A stretch of 64,000 nucleotides of DNA, taken from assembly GCA_965202585.1 (NCBI GenBank), contig OZ241826.1, forward strand, positions 81,344,001 to 81,408,000, given 5' to 3'. How positions within the stretch are numbered: the first letter of the stretch is position 1; every line of letters starts with the position of its first letter. The notes under the pieces are model-generated. The model saw only the letters and a list, made by a program, of their open reading frames with translations. It made no database searches and was not told the origin of the DNA. A program made the position numbers and the translations under genes. The DNA is from Thalia democratica (Eukaryota). This document shows positions 12,312 through 26,400 of the stretch, one piece after another.

Positions 12312-14172
12312 CTGAGAGGTTTGATTGTTTTAAGCTTATAATTAACATTTTGTATGCTGGTTTTTGCATACAACTAGCTAGTTTATTATTTTTGACTATG
12401 TAACAAACTACTAGATAAAAATTTCATATTTTGGAAGTATTTTAATAGAAAGTTTAAGTATAGAATTAAGAGAACTAAGTTGTTTCTGGCTTCTCTGTCT
12501 TCCATCAAGCGTAGATATTAATTCACATTTGTATGAATAACATTTCATATTATTAGGTATACTTGTTAAAAACTATGTTATAAATTAGCTGTCTTAAAAC
12601 CAAGAACAAAAACTATTTCTGCGTTTTATAATGTTCAGAAGAAAAATTCTACTAGTTTAAAAACTTGCCATGTAGAAGGCCAAAAGCCAAAATGAAACTT
12701 CTCTCTACTTTGCTATCTTTAAAACATTTAAGGTTTGTTTTTACTCTGTCAGCTAATTTTGTACCTTTTAATGACGTCTACTTTTTTCGTGTGAAGAAGC
12801 AGATAAACTTTTTTTTTTCAATTTGATTATACTCACAAAATATGTTTAACAATTTGTCTTGCTTATTTATTAGATTTTTTCTAGATGGCTTCAACAGTTT
12901 GCTTTTTCAGTGGTTAGTAATTTCTAGGAAGATTTTCAATTGACACAAACTCCGATTTTTTTCATAACATATTAAGCTGTTGATTCACTCACCATCTCAT
13001 AAATGAATCAAAGCTCATTTATTTCTGAATATGTCTTTCCCCTCCAACGGTGTTAAACTATTGCAATTTTTTTTCTAATTAAGAAAACATGAACATCATT
13101 AATTGATTTTATTTTTTATATGTTATTGTCGCGGACAACACATTAATAGGTATTTGTGGTGTACAATTCGACAACCGAAAAGTTCTTCTTGCACCATCTT
13201 TAAATACTTTTAGGGTCTTTTTTTTGTTTGTACAGTAAACTTTATATATCTAAATTGGTTAGACTAGGGTTACTCTAGGTAGCTGCAAAAGGACCAAAGG
13301 AGGGATGACGTAACTAATATAAAGGCCATAAAGCCATTGATTAAAACTACAATAGATATTCAGGAGTTATCGATAAAAGAAAATCTTTAAGTATTAAGGG
13401 AAGTTTTTTTCAAGAAATCTGGTTGAAGGGTACCATTGCTTTTTTATTTTCTTCAAAGGGGATTTATAAAAAATAAGGAAACCCTGGTTTAGACAAAAAT
13501 TAACATTAAATGTTACTTTAGTAATTCACTCCCTTAAAAGCCATCAATTATATAATCTATTTAAAGACGATTTTACTGTTTAGAGATATTATTTTTATAC
13601 TAATTATTTGTTTTTTAAACTCATGTGAATAGAAATACAGTATAGTAAAACACATACGATCCTAATTTCAATTTTATATTAATCTTTTACCGCCTCAAAC
13701 CTATAACTGGATCAGCATGATTATTTTTAAAGGTTTAACGGTATTATTTTATGTAAAAGAACAAACTGTTTTAGTCAAATTAAAACATAAACATATAGAT
13801 ATTTTTATAGTTTTACTTATATATAGTCATTATCTACTTAAGTACGTATTATGTAAACAACAGCGTAGTTAAACGGAAGTGCGTACTCAACAAAGCAATA
13901 AATAAACTCAAAAAAAAAGTTTGTTAGTTCAAATATGCATTTTTACGAGAAATGTGTTCATAATCTACGTTTATTGTTACATTTTATGACTGTTTATCAT
14001 GATTTAATGTTTATAATACGAATACTAAAATACATAAAAGTAAAAGTTGTTAAACTTATCAAGATCTCATAAGTAACTTTAAATTAAACCCTTTTTTTAA
14101 CATAATGTTATTTATGACTAAGTAAATTATTTAATTTTCATTAACAACTTGTTTAGCTGTGTTTAAACTACG

Positions 14173-16420
14173 ATGGACAATTTTAAATGCCAACAAGACG
14201 GGTCAGAAAAAAGCAAAACATTTCAAACTGGTATAAAAGATAAAAAACTTGAAAATGCCCATCTAAAATCATTTGATATAGAGATTTCAGTCATTATTAC
14301 TTTATGAAGTCATGCAAGAAAAATGTTTATAAACTTTGCAATACAAAAATACTTGCTCGAGCAGGTAAAATACTTGTTAAGTGTAATAAATAATGTTTAC
14401 AGTCATTTAAATAAAGTAGTAAGAGTATGTTTGTGATTATAGAAACAGTTTTCTAATAGTTATAGTTTTTCTAAAGATAGTTTTTTATTAAGAAACTAAT
14501 TGCTTTTCTTCAAATAATCAAGTGTAATAAAAGCTAAATGAACTATCTGTTTAACTAGTGTATCTAAAACAGCATGATATAGCAATTGTGTATTCATTCA
14601 AAACAGAATAATCTAATTAAATGCCGTTTTTATAGAAACCATACTTTTGAATACTTTTGAGCATTAAAATAAACAAAGTTTCATTAATTTGTACGCTCTA
14701 CTCTTAAAACCAGTGAGATGGTTTCAGCAGCATAGAATAAGATTTTAGAAAACAAGGTAAACAAAATAATTAAAGATCTTATTTATATGAAAAATGTGCT
14801 GACAGTCTACAATCTGACTAAAACTTTCAACTTAACTATTCTTGCAAAACAGTCTTTAAGCAGAGTTCAAAGCTGCTTTACAATATTAAACAAAGCCTCG
14901 AATTTTATAGAGTTAGATTATAATTTTGCTGTAAAAATATTTGCAAGTTCTGAATTGCATAATACTTCAGAGCTTGAAGTTTACAATTCAGCAAACATAT
15001 GGCTTAATCACCAAGAAAATGATCATAAACAATACGCTAAACAGCTTTTGCTAAATATTCGTTTGGATTTACTTTTAGAACAAGAATTCAAGTTTATGTC
15101 AAACAAACTAACTAACTTAAAGTAAAGGTTGTGTTGCATTGCTAAATAAAGTGATAAAAAATATAGAAAGGTTGAAACATACACAAATTTGCTCTTATTC
15201 TTATAAACTTTTGATGCTGTAATCATGGTCATTTTAACTTATATGTATGCGGTGGTATACAATTGTTATCAACAAGAAATAGTAAAAGTAAAACCATTTA
15301 GCTTAGAACTCATAAGAAGTATGTTTCAAATAAACAAGGCCGGAGATCTTTCAAAGCACTTTGTCTAAAAGATGAAGTTAATGTGTTTGGTGGTTTTGAT
15401 CAGGGGTCGGCACGGTGTACACTGGTGCACACTATTGTACACGAAATTTTTTTAGGGTGCATGAGACTTTTGGGGTACATGATTTTTTTTCGTGCAGAAA
15501 CTAAATTAAGATTTTTTTTAATCTTTCTAAATTTAAGACATTATTATATCTTATTGACCATTTTGTTGTTAATATAACGACCATTCTTGTACTCTCCTAG
15601 TTCTATATTGTTACTTTATGTAAAATTTCTTCCACCCTTAGCCACCAAAAGTAAAACTGAAGATAGTAATCGCTTATTCAATATACTAGTACTAGTACTA
15701 TTCAATAAAAAGTACTAAGACTACTGATTGTTAATTGGGGTTCTGGCAATGTATTAAGTTAATCTAGTTAGTGCTTTAGACCTGGGTGATACTAGTAAAA
15801 TATTGTTGTATAATTAAGATGAAATAAAATTGATACTAAAAGTTTATTAAAATGGATAAGGTAAACTGGTTAATTTATAATTCGCGTGTAAAAGTTAACT
15901 GGGAGTTACTGAATTATTAGTAATTAAAAAACGATTAAAAGTGTTTACATTTTTTTAAACACTAGCGGTGCTAAGGAATGTCAATTAGGGTGCACAGAAC
16001 TTTAATCTTGTGATTTAGGGTTCACGGATTCGATTAAGCGTACCGACCACTGTTCTAAAGAATGCTTCTTTGCCTTTAGTTAAAAGGTTTGTGTTTGGTG
16101 TTTTAGATAATAACTATAAATACTACATATAGGTACTGAATAGCCACAAAGAGATGGAAAACATCAGCTGATACTTATGCTAAACGTAGAGAGTACGATG
16201 TGTCTGCATTTACGGATAAAGTGTTTTTGTTATGAGGTCATGTTCAAGGGTAAGTTTGCAATAACTCTTGTTTGCAGTTTGACACAAGGCACTGTAATTA
16301 GTACAAAAATGCTAAAATGAACTAAGCAAGTAGCTTTCTAGCCTCAACAACATTTGAAGGAAGAATTGTTGTTTGGAAAAAAACAAAACGATAATACATT
16401 ATGGAGTGTTGAGTTTTTAG
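14173..16420 (+). pseudogene. BTB-BACK-Kelch pseudogene interrupted by a hAT MITE
   Basis: BACK domain in ORF 14787-15125 (NFIELDYNFAVKIFASSELHNTSELEVYNSANIWL...LLNIRLDLL). Kelch remnants FKALCLKDEVNVFGGFD (to 15400) and SAFTDKVFLL*G...NSCLQFDT..*YKNAKMN*AS..STTFEGRIVV (16200-16375) carry stops. The first exon from ATG 14173 is tentative. Confidence 0.75.
15401..16052. mobile_element. 652-bp hAT MITE
   Basis: Left TIR CAGGGGTCGGCACG at 15401; right TIR CGTACCGACCACTG ending 16052 (2 mismatches to the reverse complement). Flanks GTTTTGAT / TTCTAAAG are a degenerate NTCTAGAN-like site, not a clean TSD. Confidence 0.75.
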
Positions 16421-16624
16421 CTAAAGAACTTGTATTTAAGAAAATGTTTGACTAAAATTTAAAAAATTGTACAAAGTGAACTAATTAAAAAAGGTTTATT
16501 AACTTATTTAAAGAAAACAGTCGGAAATTTATCTTTTAAAATAGTTTAATTTGCTTCAGAACTTCTGAGTTCATTTTTAAATCACTTAGGTAAGTAAGAG
16601 TTAATAATCAAAGAAGCCCTAGTG

Positions 16625-16670
16625 CAGGGTCGGCAGACAATTGGTGCACGCGAATCAATTTTCAAACTTC
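16625..16670. mobile_element. Left end of a related hAT MITE
   Basis: CCCTAGTG|CAGGGTCGGCAG...TGGTGCACGCGAA resembles the start of the 15401 element. No right end found. Confidence 0.45.
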
Positions 16671-19600
16671 AAGTATTTAACGGATTGTATTTTAGTTTAA
16701 GTTTTTTGTTTGGTTCAGTTTTTTTTTATCCGAAATTAGCTACACATAGACGGTCCACTTAAAATGTAAGCCGTTTTGTTATTCTGAAATTAATATTAAC
16801 CAACATACTTATGTCCTAGTATACTCTCAACATTTATTTATATAAAGTGTTGTCTTGTTTATTTATTATTACCTAATTTTGCAAATATAATAAAACTTCA
16901 GTCGAAAACGACTTTACATTATGTGCTTTGTTTAATGTACATTGCAGTTTTTAGTATTGCACAATCTAAACCATAACTTTACTACTTTATTGGTAGTATT
17001 ACCATGTATATTAAATTCGGAAATTTAAACTGACTTTGTTACTTACTTTAATTTAATTAACCTTTTTCTTTGCATTCTTAGACTTATGAACAGATAATTT
17101 TTTTGTCAGATGTTCAACTCAATACAACAGCAACATTTTTTTATTAATTTTCAAAAAATTAACTTAACCATTTTTACTACTAATGCTTTAAAAGTTTTTA
17201 AGTGTACAATGTAAATATTTAACTTAAAAAGTATCATATTATTAAGTTAATAGTATATTAAGATTAAGTTATCTGTTGTAATATTGAAATATAGGCATTG
17301 ATACTATTCAAATTTTAAGAAGTACACATTAAATCTTTAAAATGAATGAAATTAAATTTCTTTAAAGTTATTGATGGATCAAATTTTTAAAATGGTGCAA
17401 GAATAGTTTAACTAGGATAAAAAAGATTCTAACAAATCAAATTATTTAAAAATATCAAATGACTATTAACTAAAAAGAAATATATGTTTAGTTAAATAAA
17501 AACGTATTCAAGACCTATTAAATACTTGGAAAAACTTTTTATTTTCAAAATTATACTTTTTTTTTAATTTTCTGTCAATATATGTTTAAGTTTTCTTAAT
17601 ATCATCATCACACTAATTAGACATACATCTGATTTTTGTTTGTAGCATTTTAAACATTTTTTTAAGAGTTTAGTTGTTAAAATTTATATTGTCGTGTTAC
17701 GTTTTTGAAGATTGAATTTTAAAAAGTATAAGTGAAATTTATTTATTACCATGTAAAACATATCACAATTATTTTTTTCTATTTAAAACTGTAAAGTAAA
17801 GTACAGTACGTCTTATTTTTATTAATAAATGGTAAATACTAGGTTTTCTTGTGAAAAGAGTTGGAAAATGTCTTAAAACTGAGGTATGCGTATTACCTAT
17901 TAAATACGCACTTTTGCATGGGTTTACGGTGCGTAATTTATAGATGTCCCTAAAATATCTTTCTTCTATTAATTTATAAAAAGTAATTTGAATTGTTATT
18001 AAGTCTATTTTACTATATAAGCTTATTGTTCACTAACATAAATTTGGTTTTTGAACACAACATTGATGACCAACACGATTATAACTTAAATAAAAACATT
18101 TTAAACAAACGTATTATTATTTTTTATTTTTGAATTTTATATTTTTTTAACAATAGTTAAAGATGCAAAATTGTTAATAATTAATTAGTTCATTATTTTT
18201 TTCAATAAAATTTTACAATAAAATAAAAAATGTTAAAAACAAGTATACAGAAATATAGATGAAAAAATAAATAATGTACTTCGGGGTCTTAGCTTTTTAT
18301 ATTAGTTTTATTACTACTTTTCAAACTTTGTAATATTTACCATTTGAAAATAATCGTTGAGTAAAATTATTATATCATTAAGCTTATTTTTGTTGTAAAA
18401 ACGTTTAAATTATTATTTTTTGACGCAATAAATACGTTAAAAAGAAAAATTAATTAAAAATTAGAGAAAATGTATATTGACAAGCATAAAAAAGTTTTAA
18501 CAAACAATATAGTTATTGCACTAATAACAATCAATAAAAATTACTAAAATTTTATACAAAAATCAAGACAGGGTTCATTCAAAAAAGATTTTTTAATAAG
18601 CAAACAACAAATAAAATCGATTTCGGCTAACACTTATCAACTACTTTTGTTAGCAACTAATTTTAAGATAAAATTTTGAGTAAATAAATAGTTAGAGGTT
18701 ACATCAGAAAAAAAAATTTAATTAACACTAATTAGCGTAATTGAGCAAAAATTTGATTAGACATTCACAATTCATAAATACGTATTTAAAAATATTAAAA
18801 TGTTAAAAAAAACTTGAACGTACAAACTTATGCGTTTTACTATTTGTTTTTATTCTACAAAATTAACTTTAAACTAGTAAAAGTGTTATAAATAAGTATT
18901 CAAAAATTCAAAAACTTGGTTTATGAAAACTGGAGTGAATTCGAATATATTTTTAAAGACTTAAATGGTTTTATATCAAAAAATACACATGAAGGTAGTC
19001 ATGTAATAAACTTTAGGAAAAAGGTTTAAAAACCAGTAGGTTAATTAATAGAAAACGTGAAAAAAATATAAACATAAAATACAGTAGTGAAATAAATAAC
19101 AATAAATACAAAATATGATAGGTAACAAATATATTCTAATGACAAAACCCTTGTTTTCAGTTCAATAAAAGTCTGCTTCAAAATTAATATTTAATAAAAA
19201 AACAAAATGTTATAAGTAGGTAAAAACGAAATTCAATAGAATCAGACCTTTAAATTAGAAAAAAATACTTAAAGAACAATATTTAAAACATATAAACATA
19301 ATTGCATGTTAATAGTTTTTCACTGATCTTTTAAGAAAAAAAATTACGTAATTTTTTTTTTCAGTACTTTGTTAAACTATAAATTCTGACTTAATATTTA
19401 TAATACAGATGCTCTATTTTCACCAAAGCGAAAGCTTATTTTTATTTAAACAAAAAAGAAAATAAAAAAGATTAAAAGAAAGTAAACATTGCTACACTAT
19501 AAAATATTTTTTTAAGTAGTTGATTAATCAGCGCATCAATGAAAGAACCTTATAATGTTCTGACAGATAGCTAATAACTTAAAAGCTATAAGTTTGAATG

Positions 19601-19971
19601 TTTGAAATAATAAATGTTGTTTCCTTCGTAAAAGTAGGAAACTCAAAACTTAGCTGGCTAGACATTTTTTAACAAAAAAAAACTACAACAATAAAAAGTC
19701 GGATGATCTTTTTTGACATACACTAGTTTCACGTTTTATTGGATTTGAAAATAATTAACTATTTTAAATATTTAATATTTAAATCCCTTGTTGTCTTAAT
19801 AAATATTGTATAAATATGACCACGTAATTTATATTTTTATATAAGCTTTCTGAATGAATGTGTTTTAGTATCAAATAACTTAAATCTACGATTTCATTTT
19901 ATTTTACAAATATAAAATTTGTTTATACTAGATATTGTTATTATTTTTAAAATCAAAATTTCGTTTTTGCC

Positions 19972-20166
19972 TTAAATTTCAAGGCAGTGGAAGTATAAGT
20001 AAAGGTAGTAAGGATGAGAAACAAAAAAGTGTTTCCTGTAGTGCGAATAGTCTGTTGGTAGACGAAGTCCGCAAACACTACACTTATGAATGCCGGCAAA
20101 AAATTTCAGCACTGCTGTGTGTGTGAAAAGCTTGCAAATGACCTGGTCAATTGACGAACGAAAGAT
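19972..20166 (-). CDS. Orphan terminal exon encoding a C2H2/BED-like zinc finger
   Basis: 64-codon open frame not in the ORF track: IFRSSIDQVICKLFTHTAVLKFFAGIHKCSVCGLRLPTDYSHYRKHFFVSHPYYLYLYFHCLEI* (C-x2-C-x13-H-x4-H-P). GC is higher than the flanks. Confidence 0.5.
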   Translation of the reverse strand: MFRSSIDQVICKLFTHTAVLKFFAGIHKCSVCGLRLPTDYSHYRKHFFVSHPYYLYLYFHCLEI

Positions 20167-20499
20167 TCAATAATATAAACTATCCTTAACTAAAACCAAA
20201 AAACCGAATAAATTCTAATCAAAATAAGTTTTTTTTTTCTCATGATTTTAGTAATTATTAGATTATTTCTATAATGCTTTTTTACTGCATAAGCGTGTAT
20301 GTCTTAGTTATTGCAGTACACTTTAAAATAGAAACAATTTGGTTTTCATACCACAAGTAGACGATTTCGGCTGATAGAAGGTATTGCTACTTTAATAAAA
20401 GTATCTAAAACAATCAAAACAAAACTTTTACAAAATTTTATAGAAATTAGCTAAACATGTAAGACAACAACTATTTATAGTGAATGGTTATGCAGACTA

Positions 20500-23400
20500 A
20501 AAAATATTATGTTAAATATGTTTTAAGTAGTTTAAAATATTTAGTTTTAAGATAATTTAATTTATTTAAACTTTAAACTTAATCATCCAAACCTTAAGAA
20601 TAATGTTAATAGTTTAATATTTAGAGGTGCAAATACATATTTAACCATGTATTTATTAAAGTAAACATTTATATAAGAAAAATCTTACTAAAACAAAATC
20701 AAAAATTTACAAAGCTAATAATAAAGTAATGCGAATAAGATAAAAGAAAAAGATAATAGTGTTTTAGCGAATTAGTATTAATACTTATATAATTTAAATA
20801 AACTAAGCTAATTATAACTACTATCAAACTATTTTTTTAATAAATTAGTTTTAAGATAAACCAAAAAGTAAATTGATAAGTATAAAGAAAAAAGATAAGT
20901 GTAAATTAGTTACAAATATTTAAATTTATAACCCAAAGAAGTATGTTACATATTTTAAAACATATTTCAAAGTAAATTAAATCACAAAGTCTTATGCTCT
21001 ATAAATAATGGTACTAAAATTTGCAACATAAACAAAAATAAAAAATAAAAATAAAAAACAGAAACACTATACACAAACTAATTGATTAGTATTTATATAA
21101 AGATTTGAAAAAATACTAAGCACTTTTTCTTAATTTTATAATTAATTTTAAAAAATGTTTACAACAACTAACATTATAATGACAATAAGTAGTTGTTAGT
21201 TTTGAACAGGTAAAATGTCAAAAAAAGGTAGCTTTAAAGTAATAGAACACAAAAATCAAAAATTTAAATAAATTAAAGAAGTACTTTTACAAATAGTATG
21301 TTTTGTAAGTTTATTCGCAAAACTATACTAATAAAACATTAAATTTTAAACTAGTCTGAAATAATTTAAAACTCACAAAAAAGTTTTTATTTTAGCAAAC
21401 CACGAATTATAAAAAAAATTCATTACAAAAACTAGTAAAGTATATTAAAAAGTGTAAAATTAATTAAAAAACAAATACAATAAGAAAAACTGATTCACTT
21501 TGTCGACAAAAATAATTTGTATTTAAATCAGTGTTTTCCAAAATGTTCCCCTTCTTGGATATTTTAATACAAAGGGGCAATTAGTAAGAGAAAATTGAAA
21601 AGTAATTGAGTAACTAACTAGCAAACTGGCGATGTATGATAAACGAGTTTTGTTTTATAATTTTTTGCTAAGTTAAGCAATTTCAAAAATAAGTTTGGGA
21701 TTCATTGTAAATAAATAAGAACTATTTTATTTCTGTACTAACTTGAAGTTAACAACAGTCATAAGATTTAGTGAAATAAATTGTAAAGAAATTTTTAATA
21801 AACGTTAGCAAAGAGCAAAAGTTACAAATAATCATAACAAAGCACATATCCATCAAAATATGTCTATTAGCTATTACTTACTTTAGTATTTATAACTTGA
21901 AGTAATTAAAACTTAAACAACAATTAGTTTTAATATTTTGAGCCTGTTAAATGTTTTAATTAAAAATATTACAATAAATTTCAATAGTTATATAATAAAA
22001 TTAGAAAAATATCAGAAAACAGCACTTATTTAAATTTATAAACTTGAAGCATAAAAACAAAAGTAGTATGTTATTGCATAGTCTGTTTGTTTAAGTTAAA
22101 AATGATAATACCTTATAATACATATTATAAGAACGGTGTGACAAATAAGTTTATATTTCTAAACCAGTATGAGATCTGTGAAGTACAAAGAAATAGAAAT
22201 ATAATAAAATTAACATAAAGATCTGTAAGAATCTTGAATCTTTATTTAATATTTATTTTTTTAAATTTAGTTATTATGCATATTATTTTGTTGTTATTAA
22301 AAAAATAATCTGAAATTTATATAAAACCAGAATAATACTATAAGAAACTTAAAAACAACTTGAATGCAAAACCAAAAAATAAAATAGTACAACCAAATGT
22401 AAACAAGCTAATTACATTTCATTATAAACAAAAAGTAATGTAAGATAATATTCAGGACACAAATTAAAACATAGTTTAATTAAAAAAATATTTGGAAATG
22501 TTTATTAAATATTTGAAGAATTACATTATAGGTTGGTATACAAAGTATTAATGTATAATAATACTTCCTATATTAATCACAAATTGCATTACAAATATTG
22601 TTACTAAGTTTTGTAACGTGAACTAAGACAAAAAAAAACGTAAAAAGTAAAAATCGTACAGGTACAGAAAAAATCAATATACAGCAGAGAATAAAAAAAA
22701 ATTCAAATCTTTTTTTTTATAAATTTTAAATGTTGTAAGTATTTCAAAAAGTCACTAAAAGATAAAATCTATGTGATACATTGTTCTTTGATTTAAGGTA
22801 AAAAACTGTAAATTAGCTTAAAAAAATAAACTTTTTAATACTAATTATAAACAAAACAGTAAAAATTGTAAAATTACAAATTACAAGTAAAATATACAGA
22901 AATGTATTTAATTGTTTGCAATAGAAATACAATAAAAAAACTATAACTCACTATGACGCTAGAATTTAAGTCTATTTAAATCTTATATTTTTTCAAAGTA
23001 TTTGCCTTATTGGCGAGTTTTATTATAAAGGGGAATAAAGTAGCAGAAGGTGAAAAATTAATTGTGTAGTAAACTATTTTAAGGGGCAGTGTCTGAAAAA
23101 CGAGGATATTTTATTATAAATTTTTATCAAGATAGGCAATATAGAAAATTAGATTCGTATCCCTAAAATATAGTAGATAAAAAATGAACGAATTTAAAGT
23201 GTAACAAAGTTAAAGTAAACAATAATCCCAAGACATACTTAAACAAGTTAAGACAGTTTTTTAATCCAGACAAACATAAAATCAAAAGTAAGATACTTTT
23301 GTAGTACTTTTAAAGGAACTTAAGTACTTTTAATGTCTTTTTACATAGTTTTATTATTTATTTAAATATGCCCATTTTAAACAATTTGAATAACTAAGTT

Positions 23401-26400
23401 ACAATAACAACTAACAAGACAAAAAACAAAATATGTCAATCAATAACCGAAACTAAAACTTTTAAGTTACAAACAACAAATTTATAATCAAGCAAAACCA
23501 AAAAAAAGTATACAAGTCATTTAAAACGTTTCAAAACAGAAATATCTACCGAAAGTATTTTTAGGTTTAATAACAACTTTAAATAAATTTAATTAGAACC
23601 TGTAAAGTTTTGTTTAAATACTACTAAACTAAACAGTTTAAAAACACGAATCAAAAATATTAAAATTAAGCACTAATTTTGAAAAGAAAATTTAAAGTTA
23701 AAACGAAAACTAGAATGTACTTATAAAAATTATCAAAAGTAGTAAAAAAGTTGAAAAAATCACTACCTTTGTCAAAAATAGACTTTAAGCAATAAGTATT
23801 CCAATTAGAGAAGTTGTAAATGCAAGACTTTATATAGAAATTTCAAAATTATGACAAGATTACAACGTTGAGATAATAAATTTTAAAATTTTCTAAAATT
23901 GTTTAAGTCGAATTTTAAGCATATTCGTTACAAAAACTAGTTAAGTATATTCAAAAGTGATAAATTTATTAAATAACAAATACAATAAAAAAAACTGATA
24001 CACTTTATCGACAAAAGACATTTGTTTTTAAATCAAGCAACAAGTAAGAGAAAATTGAAAAGTAATTACCTTACTAACTAATAAACTGGCGATGTCTGAT
24101 TGGCGAGTTTTACTTCATAAATTTTAGCAAAGTTAAGCAATTTTAAAAATAAGCTTGGGAACAATAAATACTTTTTTCATGGCTAGCTTAAAGTTAATAA
24201 CAATCATAAAACATATTCAAATAAACTATAAAGAAATGTTTAAATAACTAAAAAAAAAGTAAAGTTAAGATGTACAAAAAACGGGGGAAAAAGTACAGAA
24301 TATATCAGGTATCTTTAATAACTAAATTCTTCTAGATAAATGTACGCTATTTATCAATTTATGATAGTTTTGACAAATATTTAGACACAATAAAAAACAG
24401 AAACTATTAGTCAAAAAGCTGAAGAAAAAAGTTTCAAGTTAAAACAATATATTTTTAACCAAGCACAAATCAAACAAAAGATGTGTATTAAGTATTAGAT
24501 ACTTAAGTATTTGTGATTTAAAGTATTTATAACTCAAATAACAATTAGTTTAAATAATTTGAGCATATAAGATTTAAAAAAATAGTTTCATATTACATAG
24601 TTAGTTTGAAAAATTGAAAAAAAAAACACAAAACAGCACTTATTTATTAAACTGAAGCATAAAAACAAAACTACTATGTTATCTGATGAAAAAATCTATT
24701 TGATAAAGCAAAAATCCCTTATCAAAACTAACTACTATTAATTTTAGTATTTATTAGATGTTTTCCATTGCAACAATGTTTCGTAAAAAATCTAACATTA
24801 AATAAAAAGAATATGTCGAAAACATTGGGATATTTTTTTTATAACATACAATTAAAACAGCTAAAAAGATCAAACACGAGTAGAAATTTGAACTAATAAC
24901 CACGAAAAAATAATTATATTAAAGCTTGCAGTTACAGGCTTGCATTTTAAAAAGTGGAGTTGTTACATTATTTTATGTAATTCTTAATTTTTCGTCTTTT
25001 GTATAAAAGTAGTTTTTAAGGGTAAACATTTAAAACTAGTAAACACAAAACAAGCAAAACATGTTACTCTAAACTTTTCTTTTGTGTTCTTTAATTTTAG
25101 TAAGTACATTTTATGTAGTTTAAAATACTTTTAAATCTAATTTTTTCTCAATAAAAAAATAAATGCTAGTATAGAAACTATACTTAAAAGTTTTAAATGA
25201 CAAAAAAAATGTACAATCAAGCACGAACCAAAGATAAAATATATAAAGAAAAAACTATTAGTCATAAAATTAAACTAAAAATTGGTAATTTACAAACAAA
25301 AAATTTAAAACCAAGTACAAAAAAATATTTATGTACATAAAAGAATCTAAAAAATCTTAATAATACTTAAACTACTTATAAACTATTATCAATTACACTA
25401 ACTTTTAAAATTAAAATTTATTCAGTTTTTTATTTTTATACTTTCAAAAAAAAAGTTTAATTATACAGTTTTATACCTTTGAAAATCAGCCATACTTTTG
25501 ACAAATACACTTTAAGTATAAAAATAAAACTATATTGTAGCTTTTAAATAAATTAATCAAGATAAAAAATTTTAAACAACTAAACTTAAGTAAAAAAAAG
25601 TTTTCGTTAGTTTAATAAATTCTTAAAATTCATTATTTTATAAACATATTTATTCAATTTTATCTTTTAACAAGCTTATAAATGTCTAAAGTTTTGACGT
25701 AGAAATTATATATTACACCAAAAAACTTAAAATAAAGCAACCACAAGTATAATTTAAAACTCTCAAAATTATAAAATAATTGATTTTCTTTAAATATTTG
25801 AACTTTAATTTTTCTAAACGTAGTAATTAATTTATTTTATTTAACACAAGAATATTTTGGTATACTTTTTTAAAATTATTTGAAAAAAAATGTGAACGAG
25901 ATATAAACAAACAGTATTAATATATAAATTAAACTGGAAAATTAATATAAAAGACGTTCAAAGAAACAAAAATCAACATAATAAAACATAAAAAAAAAAC
26001 CAAGATCGAAGATTTTATAAAAAGCCAAAGTCACAAAATTTTACCCTAAAGTAGTTAGTAATTAATAGATAAGTTTTTCAGTTGTTTATTTGATGAAAAA
26101 TGATCAATTTCTTCTTAGTAGTATAAAGATTTGTTTACGCTATTTTAAAATTGATAAAAACTATATTTATTTCTAAGAACAAAATTAAAAAATTTAAGTA
26201 AAATCTGTTTTTAATCCCTGTTGGAATGTAATAAAAGTTTAATCATAATTTAAGATATATACATACATAGGTAATAGTTATTTTTGTATAAATTTTTGTA
26301 AAAGTGTTTTCCATATACAGTTTTTAGTCGCCCTATTTAAAAAAACAAAAACTCTTTCTTCATAACACATCCAAGAGTGTCTACTGTAGATTTCAAATTT

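Noticed and set aside
12021-12315. Plus-strand ORFs 12021-12251 and 12109-12315
   Set aside because: Antisense shadows of the GC-rich minus-strand exon, which has the splice acceptor and the codon bias.
12640-13090. Tc1/mariner transposase relic
   Set aside because: Only a vague HTH-like resemblance, with no DDE motifs or TIR/TA. Splice-like signals fit decayed exons better.
14787-16420. Alternative genetic code (TAA/TAG=Gln or TGA=Trp) to explain frequent in-frame stops
   Set aside because: The 778-codon protease CDS uses no internal TAA/TAG/TGA and encodes Trp as TGG. Stops in the kelch pseudogene fall at positions expected to be Gly, Trp and Glu, as in ordinary decay.
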